DNA from: Candidatus Methylomirabilota bacterium
GTDB taxonomy: Bacteria > Methylomirabilota > Methylomirabilia > Rokubacteriales > CSP1-6
Reading direction: 5' to 3'
DNA: 64,000 bases
Assembly (NCBI GenBank): GCA_035281625.1
Contig: DATEDO010000238.1
Span: 35-64,034 of the forward strand
Below, in pieces: positions 1-10,324 of the stretch (position 1 is its first letter; the number at the start of each line of letters is the position of its first letter). The translations under genes were made by a program, and so were the position numbers. The notes under the pieces were generated by a model, which saw nothing but the letters and a program-made list of their open reading frames with translations, did no database searches and had not been told where the DNA came from.

Positions 1-623
1 TGGTCGCCGCCTTCGAGGCGGTGGCGCCCCGGCCGGACTGGTGGGACGCCGTCACCACGCCCTATCGGATCAACAGCCTCGGCGACCTCCTCGCTGCCTG
101 GCAGGGCTTCCCGCGCGGAGAGCTGGGGGAGCGCCAATTCTTCAAGGCCGCCTACCAGGGCATCCTGGACCACCCCGACGACGACCACATCGTGGCCACC
201 GCCATCATGCTGCTGGACAACGTGGCCTCCGACTATCCCCAGCGCCTGGGCCTGGCCCAGCTCGGCTACGAGCGGTTCCTCCGCTACCGCGCCCGCACCG
301 ACAACTGCGCCAACTGCATGATCGGCGATACCTCCCAGACCCTCGCCCTGAATCTGGGCGCGCGCTACATCGCCGCGGGCCGCTTCGACGACGCCATCGC
401 GGTGGGCAAGCGCCTCATCGAGGAGCGGGGCGCGGACGTGAGCCCCTACAAGCTGGCCGAGACAGTGAACCAGATCGCCTGGGCGCACTGGAGAAAGGGC
501 GAGCGGGACCGCGCGTTCGAGGTGATCCGGGACGCGCTGGCGCGCTATGGGAACACCGTTCGAGCCGATGAGCTGCGCCGCACGCTGGCGACGTTCGAGC
601 GGGAGGCGCCGGGGGCCCGGTAG
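1..623 (+). CDS. hypothetical protein; the frame is open to the window edge, so the 5' end may lie upstream (first in-window start is GTG 21)
   Basis: Long frame-3 ORF with GC3-rich codon usage like its neighbours and a TAG stop at 621-623. No family motif recognised. Confidence 0.45.
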   Translation, partial: VAAFEAVAPRPDWWDAVTTPYRINSLGDLLAAWQGFPRGELGERQFFKAAYQGILDHPDDDHIVATAIMLLDNVASDYPQRLGLAQLGYERFLRYRARTDNCANCMIGDTSQTLALNLGARYIAAGRFDDAIAVGKRLIEERGADVSPYKLAETVNQIAWAHWRKGERDRAFEVIRDALARYGNTVRADELRRTLATFEREAPGAR

Positions 624-691
624 CGGGGGGCCGTCCATCCTGCTAGACTCGGTCCTCGGAGCCCACACCTTCACAGGAGGCAGCGATCCCG

Positions 692-1612
692 ATGGCCGAC
701 TTCAAGATCTGGATGAACGGCAAGCTCGTCCCGCAGGCGGAGGCCGTCCTGCCCGTCAACAGCGCGGCGGTGTTCTACGCCACCAACGTGTTCGAGGGGC
801 TGCGGGCGTACTGGAATGCCGCCGACGGCGAGCTCTACGCCTTCCGGCTGGCCGAGCACTTCGCGCGGCTGCGCGAGTCCATGAAGATGATGCGCTTCAC
901 CGTGCCCTACTCCGACATGGACCTCTACGATGCGGTGCGCGACGTCCTGCGGGGGAACGAGGTGCAGGAGGACGTGCACATGCACCTCGTCGCCTACGTG
1001 GGCGGCGCCGGGCTGGACGCGACCTCCCCCACCGGGCTCTACATCAACCCGCGGCGCCGCGGCCGCATCACCGAGGGCGCGGGCCTGCGCTGCTGCGTGA
1101 CCTCCTGGCAGCGCACGTCGGACAATGCGATTCCCATCCGGCTCAAGTCCGGCTCGAACTACCAGAACGGCCGGCTCGCCACGCTCCAGGCCAAGGCCGA
1201 CGGCTACGATGCGCCCATCTTCCTGAACCAGCACGGGACGGTGGCCGAGGGCTCCGGGGCCACGTTCTTCATGATCCGGCGCGGCCAGCTCCTGACCCCG
1301 CCGCTGACCAGCGACATCCTGGAGTCCATCACCCGCACCACGCTGCTGGAGTCCATCGCGCCCGCCCTGGGCATCGAGGTGGTGGAGCGACACATCGCGC
1401 GCACTGAGCTCTACGTGGCCGACGAGGCCTTCTTCTGCGGCTCGGGCTACGAGATCACGCCCATTCTCTCCATCGACCGCTTCAACCTGGGCGGCGGCGG
1501 GGTGGGGCCCATCACCCAGCGGCTGATGACGGCCTACATGGACGTGGTGCGCGGCGTGGACAAGCGGTTCCCGGAGTGGCGCACCCCGATCTACAAGCCC
1601 GTCACGGTCTGA
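692..1612 (+). CDS. ilvE: branched-chain amino acid aminotransferase (PLP fold type IV)
   Basis: 306 aa. The sequence is class IV aminotransferase-like throughout (NVFEGLRAY, SGSNYQNGRLA, EGSGATFF, ADEAFFCGSGYEITP). AGGAGG lies upstream of the ATG. Confidence 0.8.
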   Translation: MADFKIWMNGKLVPQAEAVLPVNSAAVFYATNVFEGLRAYWNAADGELYAFRLAEHFARLRESMKMMRFTVPYSDMDLYDAVRDVLRGNEVQEDVHMHLVAYVGGAGLDATSPTGLYINPRRRGRITEGAGLRCCVTSWQRTSDNAIPIRLKSGSNYQNGRLATLQAKADGYDAPIFLNQHGTVAEGSGATFFMIRRGQLLTPPLTSDILESITRTTLLESIAPALGIEVVERHIARTELYVADEAFFCGSGYEITPILSIDRFNLGGGGVGPITQRLMTAYMDVVRGVDKRFPEWRTPIYKPVTV

Positions 1613-1616
1613 TCGT

Positions 1617-2984
1617 CTAGGGAATCAGCGGCCACTTCGGCCGCGCGCTGACGCCCGCCCGGCCGAGATACGGCCGGGCGAGGCGCTCGGCGCGAGACAG
1701 CACCTCGTCCTCGTCCACCGTCGTCACCCGTCGCGCGTCCAGCACGATGCGGCCGTCGATCACCACGGTATGGACGCTGGCCCCGGTGGCGCTGTAGACC
1801 AGATTCGACACCGGATCCAGGAGCGGCCGCCACTCCGGGCGGTCGAGGTCGAACAGCACGAGATCCGCCCGCTTCCCGGGCTCGATCGAGCCGATCTCGG
1901 CCTCGAGCCCCAGCGCCCGCGCGCCCCCGAGCGTGGCCATCTCCAGCATGCGCTCCGGCGGCAGGAGCCCGGGGTCCAGGCGGGCGTCCTTGGCGGCCAG
2001 GGTGGCGAGGTACATCAGGCGCAGCATGTCGAAGTGGTTGGAGCCATTGGCGCTGTCCCCGCCCAGCGAGACCGTGATGCCGGCCTCCACCATCTCCGCG
2101 AAGCGTCCGTGCGTGACGAGGCCCTTCACGTGCTTGAGGGCGGCGGAGGGGCAGTGGGCGACCTTGACATCGAGACGAGCCAGCCGCGCCACGTCGCCGG
2201 GCGTCACGTGCACCATGTGGGCGAGCTTGGTGCGGGGGCCCAGCACGCCCCAGTTCTCCAGCGTGGCGAGGGGCAGCGTGTCCGTGGTCTTTCGCGAGGG
2301 ATGCGAGGCGAACTGCATCATGCCCCAGCCGGTGCCGCGCCGCTCGGCGAGGGCTTGGGCGCCGAGGATGAGCGCCTTGGACGCCGTGCCGAACCCGATC
2401 AGCAGCGGCCACACGCTCAGGAGCGGGCTCCGGAGCGCACGCACGGCGTCCATCGCGGCTTCGGTGTGGGCGAGCGCCCGCTCGGTGGACTGCGCCAGGG
2501 GACCGGGCCCGCTCGCGAGGTCCCAGGACCAGCGGCCCAGCACCGCCCGCATGCCCAGCGCATCCACCGCGCGCGCCACCGCGGCCACGTCGAAGAGCGT
2601 GCCCGCCTCGCAGAAGGTGGTGGTGCCGGTGCGGAGCATCTCGAGCCCGGCGAGCTGCGCCGCCACCGCTTCCTCCTCGGGGGCGATGGTGGCGTAGAGC
2701 GGCACGTACCAGTCGGGCACGTAGCGGTCCACCGGCACGTCGTCCGGCATCACCCCGCGCGAGAGATGCTCGGAGAGGTGGACGTGGGTGTCCACGAAGC
2801 CGGGGATCATGAGGCGCCCGCGCCCGTCGATGACCTGGAGGCGCTCCGGTCGGCCCGTGGGGCGCACCTCCGCCGCGCGCCCGACCTGGACGATGCGGCT
2901 GCCGTCGATCAGCACGGAGCCGTCCGCGAACACCCGGCGGGCGCTGTCCATGGTGATGACGAGCGTGTGCTCGATCAGGAGCAT
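1617..2984 (-). CDS. amidohydrolase, ATZ/TRZ or cytosine/guanine-deaminase-like
   Basis: 455 aa with an N-terminal GFVDTHVHL metal-binding HxH motif, as in chlorohydrolase/deaminase amidohydrolases. Lies 18 bp downstream of the dehydrogenase gene on the same strand. Confidence 0.8.
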   Translation of the reverse strand: MLLIEHTLVITMDSARRVFADGSVLIDGSRIVQVGRAAEVRPTGRPERLQVIDGRGRLMIPGFVDTHVHLSEHLSRGVMPDDVPVDRYVPDWYVPLYATIAPEEEAVAAQLAGLEMLRTGTTTFCEAGTLFDVAAVARAVDALGMRAVLGRWSWDLASGPGPLAQSTERALAHTEAAMDAVRALRSPLLSVWPLLIGFGTASKALILGAQALAERRGTGWGMMQFASHPSRKTTDTLPLATLENWGVLGPRTKLAHMVHVTPGDVARLARLDVKVAHCPSAALKHVKGLVTHGRFAEMVEAGITVSLGGDSANGSNHFDMLRLMYLATLAAKDARLDPGLLPPERMLEMATLGGARALGLEAEIGSIEPGKRADLVLFDLDRPEWRPLLDPVSNLVYSATGASVHTVVIDGRIVLDARRVTTVDEDEVLSRAERLARPYLGRAGVSARPKWPLIP

Positions 2985-3002
2985 GGGTGAAGCGGCCGCC
3001 CG

Positions 3003-4091
3003 CTACTGCGCGGCGCGGTAGGCGTCGAGCACCGCCGCCGACATCTCCTTGGTGCTGGCCGTCCCGCCCTGATCGGGCGTGAGCCGCTTCCCGTCACGAT
3101 ACACGCGGGCCACCGCGGCCTCGAGCCGCTGCGACTCGGTGGCGAGCCCCAGGTGATCCAGGAGCAGCACGCAGGAGAGCAGCGTCGCGGTGGGATTGGC
3201 GATGCCACGGCCGGCGATGTCCGGCGCGGAGCCGTGGACGGACTCGAAGTAGGCCCAGCCCCCGTCGCCGTGATTGGCGGAAGGGGCCACCCCCAGCCCG
3301 CCCGCCACCTCGCCGGCCACATCGGACAGGATGTCGCCGTACTGGTTCAGCGTGACGAGCACGTCGATGGCCTTGGGGAAGCGGATGAGCCGCCGGGCGG
3401 CGTCGTCCACGTGGAAGTGCTCGAAGCGGAGATCGGGGCAGCCCCGAACGACCGCTTCCGCGATCTCATGGAAGAGCGCGTCGGACTGGCGCAGCACGTT
3501 CGACTTGGTGGCGCAGGTCACCACGCCCCTCCCGCCGCGGGCCTTGCGCGTGCGCGCCACCTCGCACGCGAAGCGGGCAATGCGCTCGGCGCCCTTTTCC
3601 GTCACCAGCTTCACCGCGTAGCGGCCCTCACCGAACGCATCGAGGGGCCGCCCGAGCCGATCCCGTGAGCCGGGCATGGCGCGCTTCAGCTCGGCCAGAT
3701 CACCCTCGCGCCCCGGGTACATGCCCTCGGAGTTCTCGCGGATCACCACCAGGTCGATGCCCTCGGGATCGGCCAGCGGCGAGCGCATGCCGGCGTAGAA
3801 CTTCGCCGGCCGCACGCCGCCCCATGCCGCCATCTCCCAGCGGAGCCATGCCACCACGCCGGAGGTGGACGGGCCGGCCGCGCCGAAGAGCACCGCGTCC
3901 GCCTCCCGCGCCGCGCGCTTGGTCGCCTCGGGCAGCGCATGGCCGCCGGCGGGGCTCGGCGCGGGGCTCCCGTCGCGCTGGGGCGGGGTGAGGATCTTCA
4001 CCGGCATGCCCGCGGCGGTCATCAGCTCGCAGGCGGCGTCCACGACCTCCATGCCGATCCCCTCTCCCGGAAGCGCGACGATGGTGTTCAT
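3003..4091 (-). CDS. isocitrate/isopropylmalate/tartrate dehydrogenase family oxidoreductase
   Basis: 362 aa. N-terminus IVALPGEGIGMEV, IRENSEGMY, and C-terminal SANHGDG..FESVHGSAPDIAGRGIANP are typical of beta-decarboxylating dehydrogenases. Confidence 0.8.
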   Translation of the reverse strand: MNTIVALPGEGIGMEVVDAACELMTAAGMPVKILTPPQRDGSPAPSPAGGHALPEATKRAAREADAVLFGAAGPSTSGVVAWLRWEMAAWGGVRPAKFYAGMRSPLADPEGIDLVVIRENSEGMYPGREGDLAELKRAMPGSRDRLGRPLDAFGEGRYAVKLVTEKGAERIARFACEVARTRKARGGRGVVTCATKSNVLRQSDALFHEIAEAVVRGCPDLRFEHFHVDDAARRLIRFPKAIDVLVTLNQYGDILSDVAGEVAGGLGVAPSANHGDGGWAYFESVHGSAPDIAGRGIANPTATLLSCVLLLDHLGLATESQRLEAAVARVYRDGKRLTPDQGGTASTKEMSAAVLDAYRAAQ

Positions 4092-4150
4092 GGGCGAATG
4101 TTACACTACCGGCCGGCGTCCATCCCCCCGCCGTCGACTGGAGGCTCGCG

Positions 4151-5179
4151 ATGATGCGCAGACTGATGTCCCTCGCCCTGCTCGGTCTCAGCGTCCTGCT
4201 CCTGGTCGCGCCGCCCGCCGGGGCGCAGACCACGCTCACCATGTCGTCCTGGGTGTCGCCGCAGCATCACCTCACCGCGGTGGTGCTGCAGGGCTGGGCC
4301 AACGAGGTCGAGAAGGCCACGCAGGGCCGCGTGAAGCTCACCATGCTGCCCAAGCACCCCTCGGCGCCTCCGGGCACCTTCGACGCCGTGCGTGATGGGC
4401 TCGTGGACGTGTCCTACGTCACCGCCAGCTACACCCCGGCGCGCCACATCCTGCCGCTGATGGCGGAGCTGCCCGGGTCCGGCGACACCGCGCTGGTGAA
4501 CTCGGTGGCCTTCTCCCGCATCCACTGGAAGTACTTCGACAAGGTCGGCGAGTACAAGGGCGTGAAGCTGCTCGGCGTCTTCACCCACGGCCCCGGCCAG
4601 ATGTTCACACGCAAGTCGGTGAACGGCATCGGCGACGTGCAGGGCCTCAAGATCCGCACCGGCGGCGGCGTCGCGGAGGCGGTGGCGAAGGCCCTGGGGG
4701 CCTCCGCGTTCGTGAAGCCCGCACCCGAATCCTACGAGCTCCTCAAGGGCGGCGTGGCCGACGGCGTCTTCTTCCCCATGGAGTCCATCGTCTCGTTCAA
4801 GCTCGACACGGTGCTCGAGCAGGCCACGCTGTTCCCCGGCGGCATGTACAGCTCGGCCTTCGGCTTCTTCATGAACGAGGACAAGTGGAACAAGCTGGCC
4901 AAGCCCGACCAGGAGGCCATCGCCAAGCTCTCCGGCGAGCACATCGCCCGGCTGGCCGGCAAGTCCTGGGACGAGGCGGACAAGAAGGGACTGGAGGCCT
5001 TGCAGAAGTCGGGGGTGAAGATCGTCAACGCGAACCCCGCCTTCGTGGCCGAGGTGCAGAAGCGCTCCGCGCCCATCGTGGACGACTGGATCACCAAGGT
5101 GAGCGCCAAGGGTATCGACGCCGCCAAGATCCTGGCGGAGTTCCGCGCCGAGCTGAAGAAGGTCGCCGCGGAGAAGTGA
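4151..5179 (+). CDS. TRAP transporter substrate-binding protein (DctP family)
   Basis: 342 aa with a signal peptide (LLLVAPPAGAQT) and DctP-like body. Followed directly by DctQ and DctM genes. Confidence 0.85.
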   Translation: MMRRLMSLALLGLSVLLLVAPPAGAQTTLTMSSWVSPQHHLTAVVLQGWANEVEKATQGRVKLTMLPKHPSAPPGTFDAVRDGLVDVSYVTASYTPARHILPLMAELPGSGDTALVNSVAFSRIHWKYFDKVGEYKGVKLLGVFTHGPGQMFTRKSVNGIGDVQGLKIRTGGGVAEAVAKALGASAFVKPAPESYELLKGGVADGVFFPMESIVSFKLDTVLEQATLFPGGMYSSAFGFFMNEDKWNKLAKPDQEAIAKLSGEHIARLAGKSWDEADKKGLEALQKSGVKIVNANPAFVAEVQKRSAPIVDDWITKVSAKGIDAAKILAEFRAELKKVAAEK

Positions 5180-5652
5180 GCGCGGCCGAGCGCGGGTGGG
5201 AGCGGCGGACCGAGGGCCTCCTCGGCATCGCCGCGTCCGCCATCCTCCTGTCCATGACGCTGCTCACCTTCGTGGACGTGGTGGCGCGCTACGTGTTCAG
5301 CCGCCCCTTGCGCGGCGCGTTCGAGGTGACCGAGCTGCTGCTCCTGGTCCTGATCTTCGCCGGGCTGCCGCTCGTCTCCTACGCCAACGAGCACGCCCTC
5401 ATGGATTTCATCGACCGCGTCCTGCCCGCGCCCCTCCAGCGCAGTCTCGTGCGCGCCGTCGAGGCCGTGTGCGCGGCCACCATGTTCCTCCTCACCTGGC
5501 TGGTCTGGCTCAAGGCGGACCGGATCTGGGCCTACCGGGACGCCACCGACGTCCTCCGCATCGTGTACGGCCCGTTCGTCTACTTCATGGCGGTGATGAT
5601 CGGCCTGGCCGGGCTGATCCACCTGTATCGCGCCGTCGCCCGGCCCGCATGA
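5176..5652 (+). CDS. TRAP transporter small permease (DctQ family)
   Basis: GTG start overlaps the dctP stop (GTGA). 158 aa with four hydrophobic segments. Its ATGA stop overlaps the DctM start. The ORF track shows it fused to a longer out-of-frame N-terminus. Confidence 0.8.
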   Translation: MSAAERGWERRTEGLLGIAASAILLSMTLLTFVDVVARYVFSRPLRGAFEVTELLLLVLIFAGLPLVSYANEHALMDFIDRVLPAPLQRSLVRAVEAVCAATMFLLTWLVWLKADRIWAYRDATDVLRIVYGPFVYFMAVMIGLAGLIHLYRAVARPA

Positions 5653-6947
5653 TCGAGGGTCTGGTCGGCCTGGCCGCCATGATGCTGCTCGCCTTTCTCC
5701 GCGTGCCCATCTCCTATGCCATGGGCATCGTGGGCGTGATCGGCTACGCCTACATGCGCGACTGGAACTGGACGGTCGCGTTCGCCATGACCCAGACCAA
5801 GGTCTACGAGACCGGCCGCAACTACACGCTCTCGGTGGTGCCGCTCTTCATCTTGATGGGCAACTTCGTGACCCGTGCCGGCATGTCGCAGGAGCTGTTC
5901 CGCGCCGCCTACGCCTTCATCGGCCATCACCGCGGCGGCCTCGCCATGGCCACGGTGTGGGCCTCCGCGGGCTTCGGCGGCATCTGCGGCTCGTCCATCG
6001 CCACCGCCGCCACCATGGCGAAGGTGGCCTATCCCTCCATGAAGCGCTTCGGCTACTCGGATACGCTCGCCGCGGGAACGGTGGCGGGGGCGGGCACGCT
6101 GGGCATCATGATTCCGCCCTCCACCATCATGGTGATCTACGGGGTCTTCACCGAGACCAATATCGGCCGGCTCTTCATGGCCGGCATCCTGCCCGGTCTG
6201 CTGGGGGCGTTCCTGCTCTGCGGCGCCATCGCCTACACCACGTGGCGCCATCCCACATGGGGGCCGCGGGGCGAGCGCTCGAGCTGGCGTGAACGATGGG
6301 CCGCGCTGCAAGACGTGTGGGCGGTGGCGGCGCTGTTCGCCTTCGTGATAGGCGGCATCTACGTGGGCTTCTTCACCGCCACCGAGGGGGCGGGCATGGG
6401 CGCCATGGGCGCGCTGGCCTTCGCCTTCTGGCGCCGGGCGCTCACCTGGGGGACCCTCTACGCCTCGCTCCTCGAGAGCGCGCGCACCACCGCCATGCTC
6501 TTCCTCATCCTCATCGGCGCTCTCATGTTCGCGGAGTTCATCAACATCACCACCATGCCCGCCGACCTCAAGAGCTTTGTCTCGCGCTTCTCGGTGCATC
6601 CCTTCATGGTGGTCGGCGCCATCTGCGCCGTCTACGTGGTGCTGGGCACCGCCATGGAGGAGTTGTCGATGATCCTCCTCACCATGCCGGTGTTCTTCCC
6701 CGTCATCGTCCACCTTGGCTTCGACCCCGTGTGGTTCGGGATCGTCATCGTCTGCGTGGTGGAGATCGGGCTCATCAGCCCGCCGGTGGGCATGAACATG
6801 TTCGTGCTGAAGACGCTCTTGCCGCACGTGCCCACCGGCACCGTGTTCCGGGGCGTCATGCCCTTCATGTGGGCCGACGTGATCCGCCTGGCCTTGCTGG
6901 TCGCCTTTCCCGTCATCTCGCTGTGGCTGCCGAGCTTGATGCGCTAG
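5649..6947 (+). CDS. TRAP transporter large permease (DctM family)
   Basis: 432 aa polytopic membrane protein starting MIEGLVGLAAMMLLAFLRVPISYAMG, typical of DctM. Coupled to DctQ. Confidence 0.9.
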   Translation: MIEGLVGLAAMMLLAFLRVPISYAMGIVGVIGYAYMRDWNWTVAFAMTQTKVYETGRNYTLSVVPLFILMGNFVTRAGMSQELFRAAYAFIGHHRGGLAMATVWASAGFGGICGSSIATAATMAKVAYPSMKRFGYSDTLAAGTVAGAGTLGIMIPPSTIMVIYGVFTETNIGRLFMAGILPGLLGAFLLCGAIAYTTWRHPTWGPRGERSSWRERWAALQDVWAVAALFAFVIGGIYVGFFTATEGAGMGAMGALAFAFWRRALTWGTLYASLLESARTTAMLFLILIGALMFAEFINITTMPADLKSFVSRFSVHPFMVVGAICAVYVVLGTAMEELSMILLTMPVFFPVIVHLGFDPVWFGIVIVCVVEIGLISPPVGMNMFVLKTLLPHVPTGTVFRGVMPFMWADVIRLALLVAFPVISLWLPSLMR

Positions 6948-6988
6948 GTCGCTCGCCCGTGGTCACGCCGGCGCGGTTCGGCGCCGGC

Positions 6989-7663
6989 ATGACGTTTCCC
7001 CAGTACCTCGACTACATCGGGACACCCGAGAACCTCGCGCGCGAGTCGGGCTGGTGGCTCGGACGGGAGCGCAAGGATCTGAGCGCGCTCGTCCGCGGCT
7101 GGTACGAGCGCCTCCGGCTCACCGAGGCTCAGGCGGCGGCCATGCGCTGGCTCGCCGCGCAGCCCGCCGGCCCCGCCAAGATCCTGGCGATCTCGGAGGA
7201 ATGGTCGTCGGACTGCCGCCGTGACGTCTGCATCGTCGCGCGCCTCGCCGAGGCGGCCGGCCTCGAGCTCCGCATCTTCAATCGCGACGGTCCGCGTCTG
7301 GCGACTGGTCCACGTGCAGATCCCGCCGAGTCGCCCAACGCCGATCTCGTGAACGCCCATCTCCACGAGCGGGACGGGCAGACCTTTCAGTCCATTCCCG
7401 TGGTGGTGGTCTACACCGCGGACTTCGTGGAGCTGCACCGCCACATCGAGCGGCCCGCGCTCTACCGCCGCCACCGCGACCGCATCGTCCCCGCCATGCA
7501 AGCTCCGCGGCCGGGGGAGACGCGCGAGCAGGCGTGGAGCCGCTTCATGGCCGACTGGCGCGCGATCCAGGACGGCCCCTTCTTCCCCATCTGGGCCTCG
7601 GCCACCGCCGACGAGATCCTCTCCGCCCTGCACGAGCGGCTGCTCGGCGCCGCGCCTCGCTAG
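6989..7663 (+). CDS. thioredoxin-fold family protein (tentative); alternative GTG start at 6959
   Basis: About 224 aa, the C-terminal part of ORF 6296..7663. The region ILAISEEWSSDCRRDV resembles the degenerate CxxC region of thioredoxin-family proteins. Assignment from memory only. Confidence 0.45.
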   Translation: MTFPQYLDYIGTPENLARESGWWLGRERKDLSALVRGWYERLRLTEAQAAAMRWLAAQPAGPAKILAISEEWSSDCRRDVCIVARLAEAAGLELRIFNRDGPRLATGPRADPAESPNADLVNAHLHERDGQTFQSIPVVVVYTADFVELHRHIERPALYRRHRDRIVPAMQAPRPGETREQAWSRFMADWRAIQDGPFFPIWASATADEILSALHERLLGAAPR

Positions 7664-8886
7664 AGGGACCGGGGCTTCCGCAAGCGCGGGTAGATTCGCG
7701 AGGTCGCGCCCGCCACCGCCACCAGCGCCACGCCGCTCACCGCCAGGGCCCCGCTCACGCCGATGAGCGAGCCCAGGGCGCCGATCTGGAGCTGCCCGAG
7801 CGGAGCCAGTCCGATGGCCACCACCCACGCCCCGCCGGCCCGGCCGCGCAGGTGCGGCGGCGAGGTGAGCTGCAGCAGGCTCTGGGCGAGGAGGTCGGTG
7901 AGGGCGCCCAGCGCGTTGGCGACGACCAGCACCAGGACCACGCCCGCGAATCCCACCACGTGGGGCGCCGCGCCGAGGCCCACCAGGCTCAGCCCGAAGC
8001 CGACCAGCACGGCGAGGAAGAGCCCGCCGCCCCCGCCCACCGCGGCCATGACCCCGCCGTGCATGGAGGCGAGGAGTCCCACGATGCCGCCGACCGAGCG
8101 CGCCGCGTTCAGCACCCCGAGCCCCTCGGGGCCCGTCTTCAGCACGTCCCGGGCGAGGCTCGGCAGCAGCGTCTGATGCGAGAAGCCCAGCACCTCCGCG
8201 CCGGCGGTGAGGATCATCAGCGCGAGCAGCATGGTATCGGTCCGCAGGAGCGTCGCGAAGCCCACCACGTTGCGCCACACGGATTCGCCGCTGGGCGCCG
8301 CGGAGACGGGCGGGGAGGACACCGGCAGCAGCACGAGCGCGCTCGCCAGATAGGACGCCGCGACGGCCAGGTACGCCGGCCCCGCGCCCAGCTCGGCCAG
8401 GAGCACGCCCCCGCCCAGCGCGCCGACCAGCCAGCCCGCGCGCATGGCGAGCCCCAGCACCGCCAGGCCGCGCACGAGGGCGCCCCCGCCCACCACGTCG
8501 TGGGCATAGCTCTGCCGGGTGGCGTGCTCGAGACCCCGGAAGGCGCCCGAGGCCAGCGTGAACACGAGCAGATGCGGGAGCCGAAGTGTTCCGGTCATGA
8601 TGATCGCGCCGAGACCGCCCATGGTGAGCGTCTGGCCCAGCGCGGTCACGATGAGGAGGCGGTGCCGCGGCCAGCGATCGGCGAGGACGCCCGCGGGCAC
8701 GCCCACGAAGAAGAGCGGCAGCGCCCGCGCCCCCATGGCGAGTCCGACGAGGAACGGCGAGTCCGTCAGCTCCAGCGCCAGCCAGCCCAGCAGCACGACC
8801 TCGCCCATCATGCCAATGGAGGCGAGAAGCATGTTGGCGGAGAGCAAGCGGAAGTCCGGCAGCCGGAGGAGCGAGCGCTCGGTCAC
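7660..8886 (-). CDS. MFS transporter
   Basis: 408 aa with about 12 hydrophobic helices. It is the lower part of the 1033-aa track ORF. Its GTG start overlaps the stop of the upstream lipoprotein gene (GTGA). Confidence 0.8.
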   Translation of the reverse strand: MTERSLLRLPDFRLLSANMLLASIGMMGEVVLLGWLALELTDSPFLVGLAMGARALPLFFVGVPAGVLADRWPRHRLLIVTALGQTLTMGGLGAIIMTGTLRLPHLLVFTLASGAFRGLEHATRQSYAHDVVGGGALVRGLAVLGLAMRAGWLVGALGGGVLLAELGAGPAYLAVAASYLASALVLLPVSSPPVSAAPSGESVWRNVVGFATLLRTDTMLLALMILTAGAEVLGFSHQTLLPSLARDVLKTGPEGLGVLNAARSVGGIVGLLASMHGGVMAAVGGGGGLFLAVLVGFGLSLVGLGAAPHVVGFAGVVLVLVVANALGALTDLLAQSLLQLTSPPHLRGRAGGAWVVAIGLAPLGQLQIGALGSLIGVSGALAVSGVALVAVAGATSRIYPRLRKPRSL

Positions 8887-9854
8887 GAGCGCTGGTGGCA
8901 GCCCACGCAGGCGTAGCGCGACCGGATCATCATGGACGGCCCGTCCGGCGGCGGCTCGGCGCGGCGGAACGCCTCCACGTTGCGGGCGGCGTCCGCGATG
9001 CGCCGCTCCAGCACGTTCCGATAGGGCCAGCCGGTGTATTCGGCGGCGAGCCGGGCATTGCCGTACATCACCACCGCGCGCGCGGGATCGCCCGCCTTCA
9101 CCAGCATGTCGCCGAAGTGGAGGAAGAAGCCCTCGAAGTTGTGGGGGGCGATCCAGGAGTTCCAGCACACGCGCTTGGGCCCCTCCTGGGTCTCGAGCGG
9201 CATGTAGCGCGCGTAGTCGGGATGCTCCCGACCGAGCCGTCCGCCGATGCACGCGTCCGCGTTGGCCCACAGGGCCTCGAGCCCGTCGCGGAACCGCGGC
9301 GAATCGTGAGGCTCCCGCCCCGCGATGTAGCCCGCGGTGAAGAGGTTGAACTCGGGCCAGGCCGCGACGGCGTCCTTCAGGGTGAAGAATCCCCGCCGGA
9401 TCAGCGCCTGGTCTCCGTGGATGGCGCCCTCGGCCATCAGCGCGGAGGCGTAGAAGCCCAGATAGCGGGCCTCCCCGGGATGGAGGTGTACCGCCTCCGC
9501 GAAGTAGCGGCGCGCCAGCACCGCGTGGTCGGTGATGAGGGCGCCGCCGGCGGCGGGCAGGCGCGCGCGCTCGGACAGCCGCCAGAAGTGGAGCCATGCG
9601 ATGTGGGCCGCGGTGACCGCATCGCGCGGATCGGCGAGGTACGCGGCGGTCAGCGCGCTCAGCGCGGCGGGAACGCCGTCGTAGTCCCCGGTGTGGAGCG
9701 TCCGCCAGAAGAGCTCGTCCGCGCGCGCGGCCTGCGGCAGGCGCTGGGGGCTCGGCTGCTTCGTCGGCGCGAACCACACGGCGAGGGTGCCGCAGCCGGC
9801 CGCGCCCAGCAGCGCGGCGGCCAGCGCGAGGCGCGTGAGGGCGCCGCGATTCAT
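8883..9854 (-). CDS. hypothetical lipoprotein or secreted protein
   Basis: 323 aa with a signal peptide and lipobox-like LLGAAGC. No recognised domain. Translationally coupled to the MFS gene. Confidence 0.55.
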   Translation of the reverse strand: MNRGALTRLALAAALLGAAGCGTLAVWFAPTKQPSPQRLPQAARADELFWRTLHTGDYDGVPAALSALTAAYLADPRDAVTAAHIAWLHFWRLSERARLPAAGGALITDHAVLARRYFAEAVHLHPGEARYLGFYASALMAEGAIHGDQALIRRGFFTLKDAVAAWPEFNLFTAGYIAGREPHDSPRFRDGLEALWANADACIGGRLGREHPDYARYMPLETQEGPKRVCWNSWIAPHNFEGFFLHFGDMLVKAGDPARAVVMYGNARLAAEYTGWPYRNVLERRIADAARNVEAFRRAEPPPDGPSMMIRSRYACVGCHQRS

Positions 9855-9927
9855 GATAGCCTCCGGGCGCCGAGGAGAGCGGCCACGCCCTGCACGCTAA
9901 CACGCGACGACGAGGGAAAGGATAGCC

Positions 9928-10323
9928 ATGAAGAAGACCGCGGCACGCAGCAAGGCCAACGGCAAGGACCGAGGTGCCCGGGCGGACGCCCTCATCGCGC
10001 GCATGACCGCGGCGCGCGGCTACATCTACCCCGAATGGGAGTTCGCGGCGCGCCAGGACCCCGATTTTGTCGACGCGTACAATCACATCTACGAACTGAG
10101 CCTCGGCGAGGGCCGGCACGTGTCCGCGAAGGTGCGCGAGTTCGTGGCCATCGCGCTCCTGTGCTTCCGGGGCGCGGACAAGAGCGGGCTCGTCGCCCAC
10201 ATGAAGCGCGCGATGCGGCTGGGCGCCACCCGCGAGGAGCTGTTCGAGGTGCTGGAGACGTGCCTCGTGCCGGGCGGCGCGCCCACGTTCCACCGCGGGC
10301 TCACTGCGCTCCGGGAGGTCTGA
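9928..10323 (+). CDS. carboxymuconolactone decarboxylase (AhpD-like) family protein
   Basis: 131 aa. Helical CMD-like core (REFVAIALLCFRGADKSGLVAHMKRAMRLGATREELFEVL). Confidence 0.7.
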   Translation: MKKTAARSKANGKDRGARADALIARMTAARGYIYPEWEFAARQDPDFVDAYNHIYELSLGEGRHVSAKVREFVAIALLCFRGADKSGLVAHMKRAMRLGATREELFEVLETCLVPGGAPTFHRGLTALREV

Positions 10324-10324
10324 C

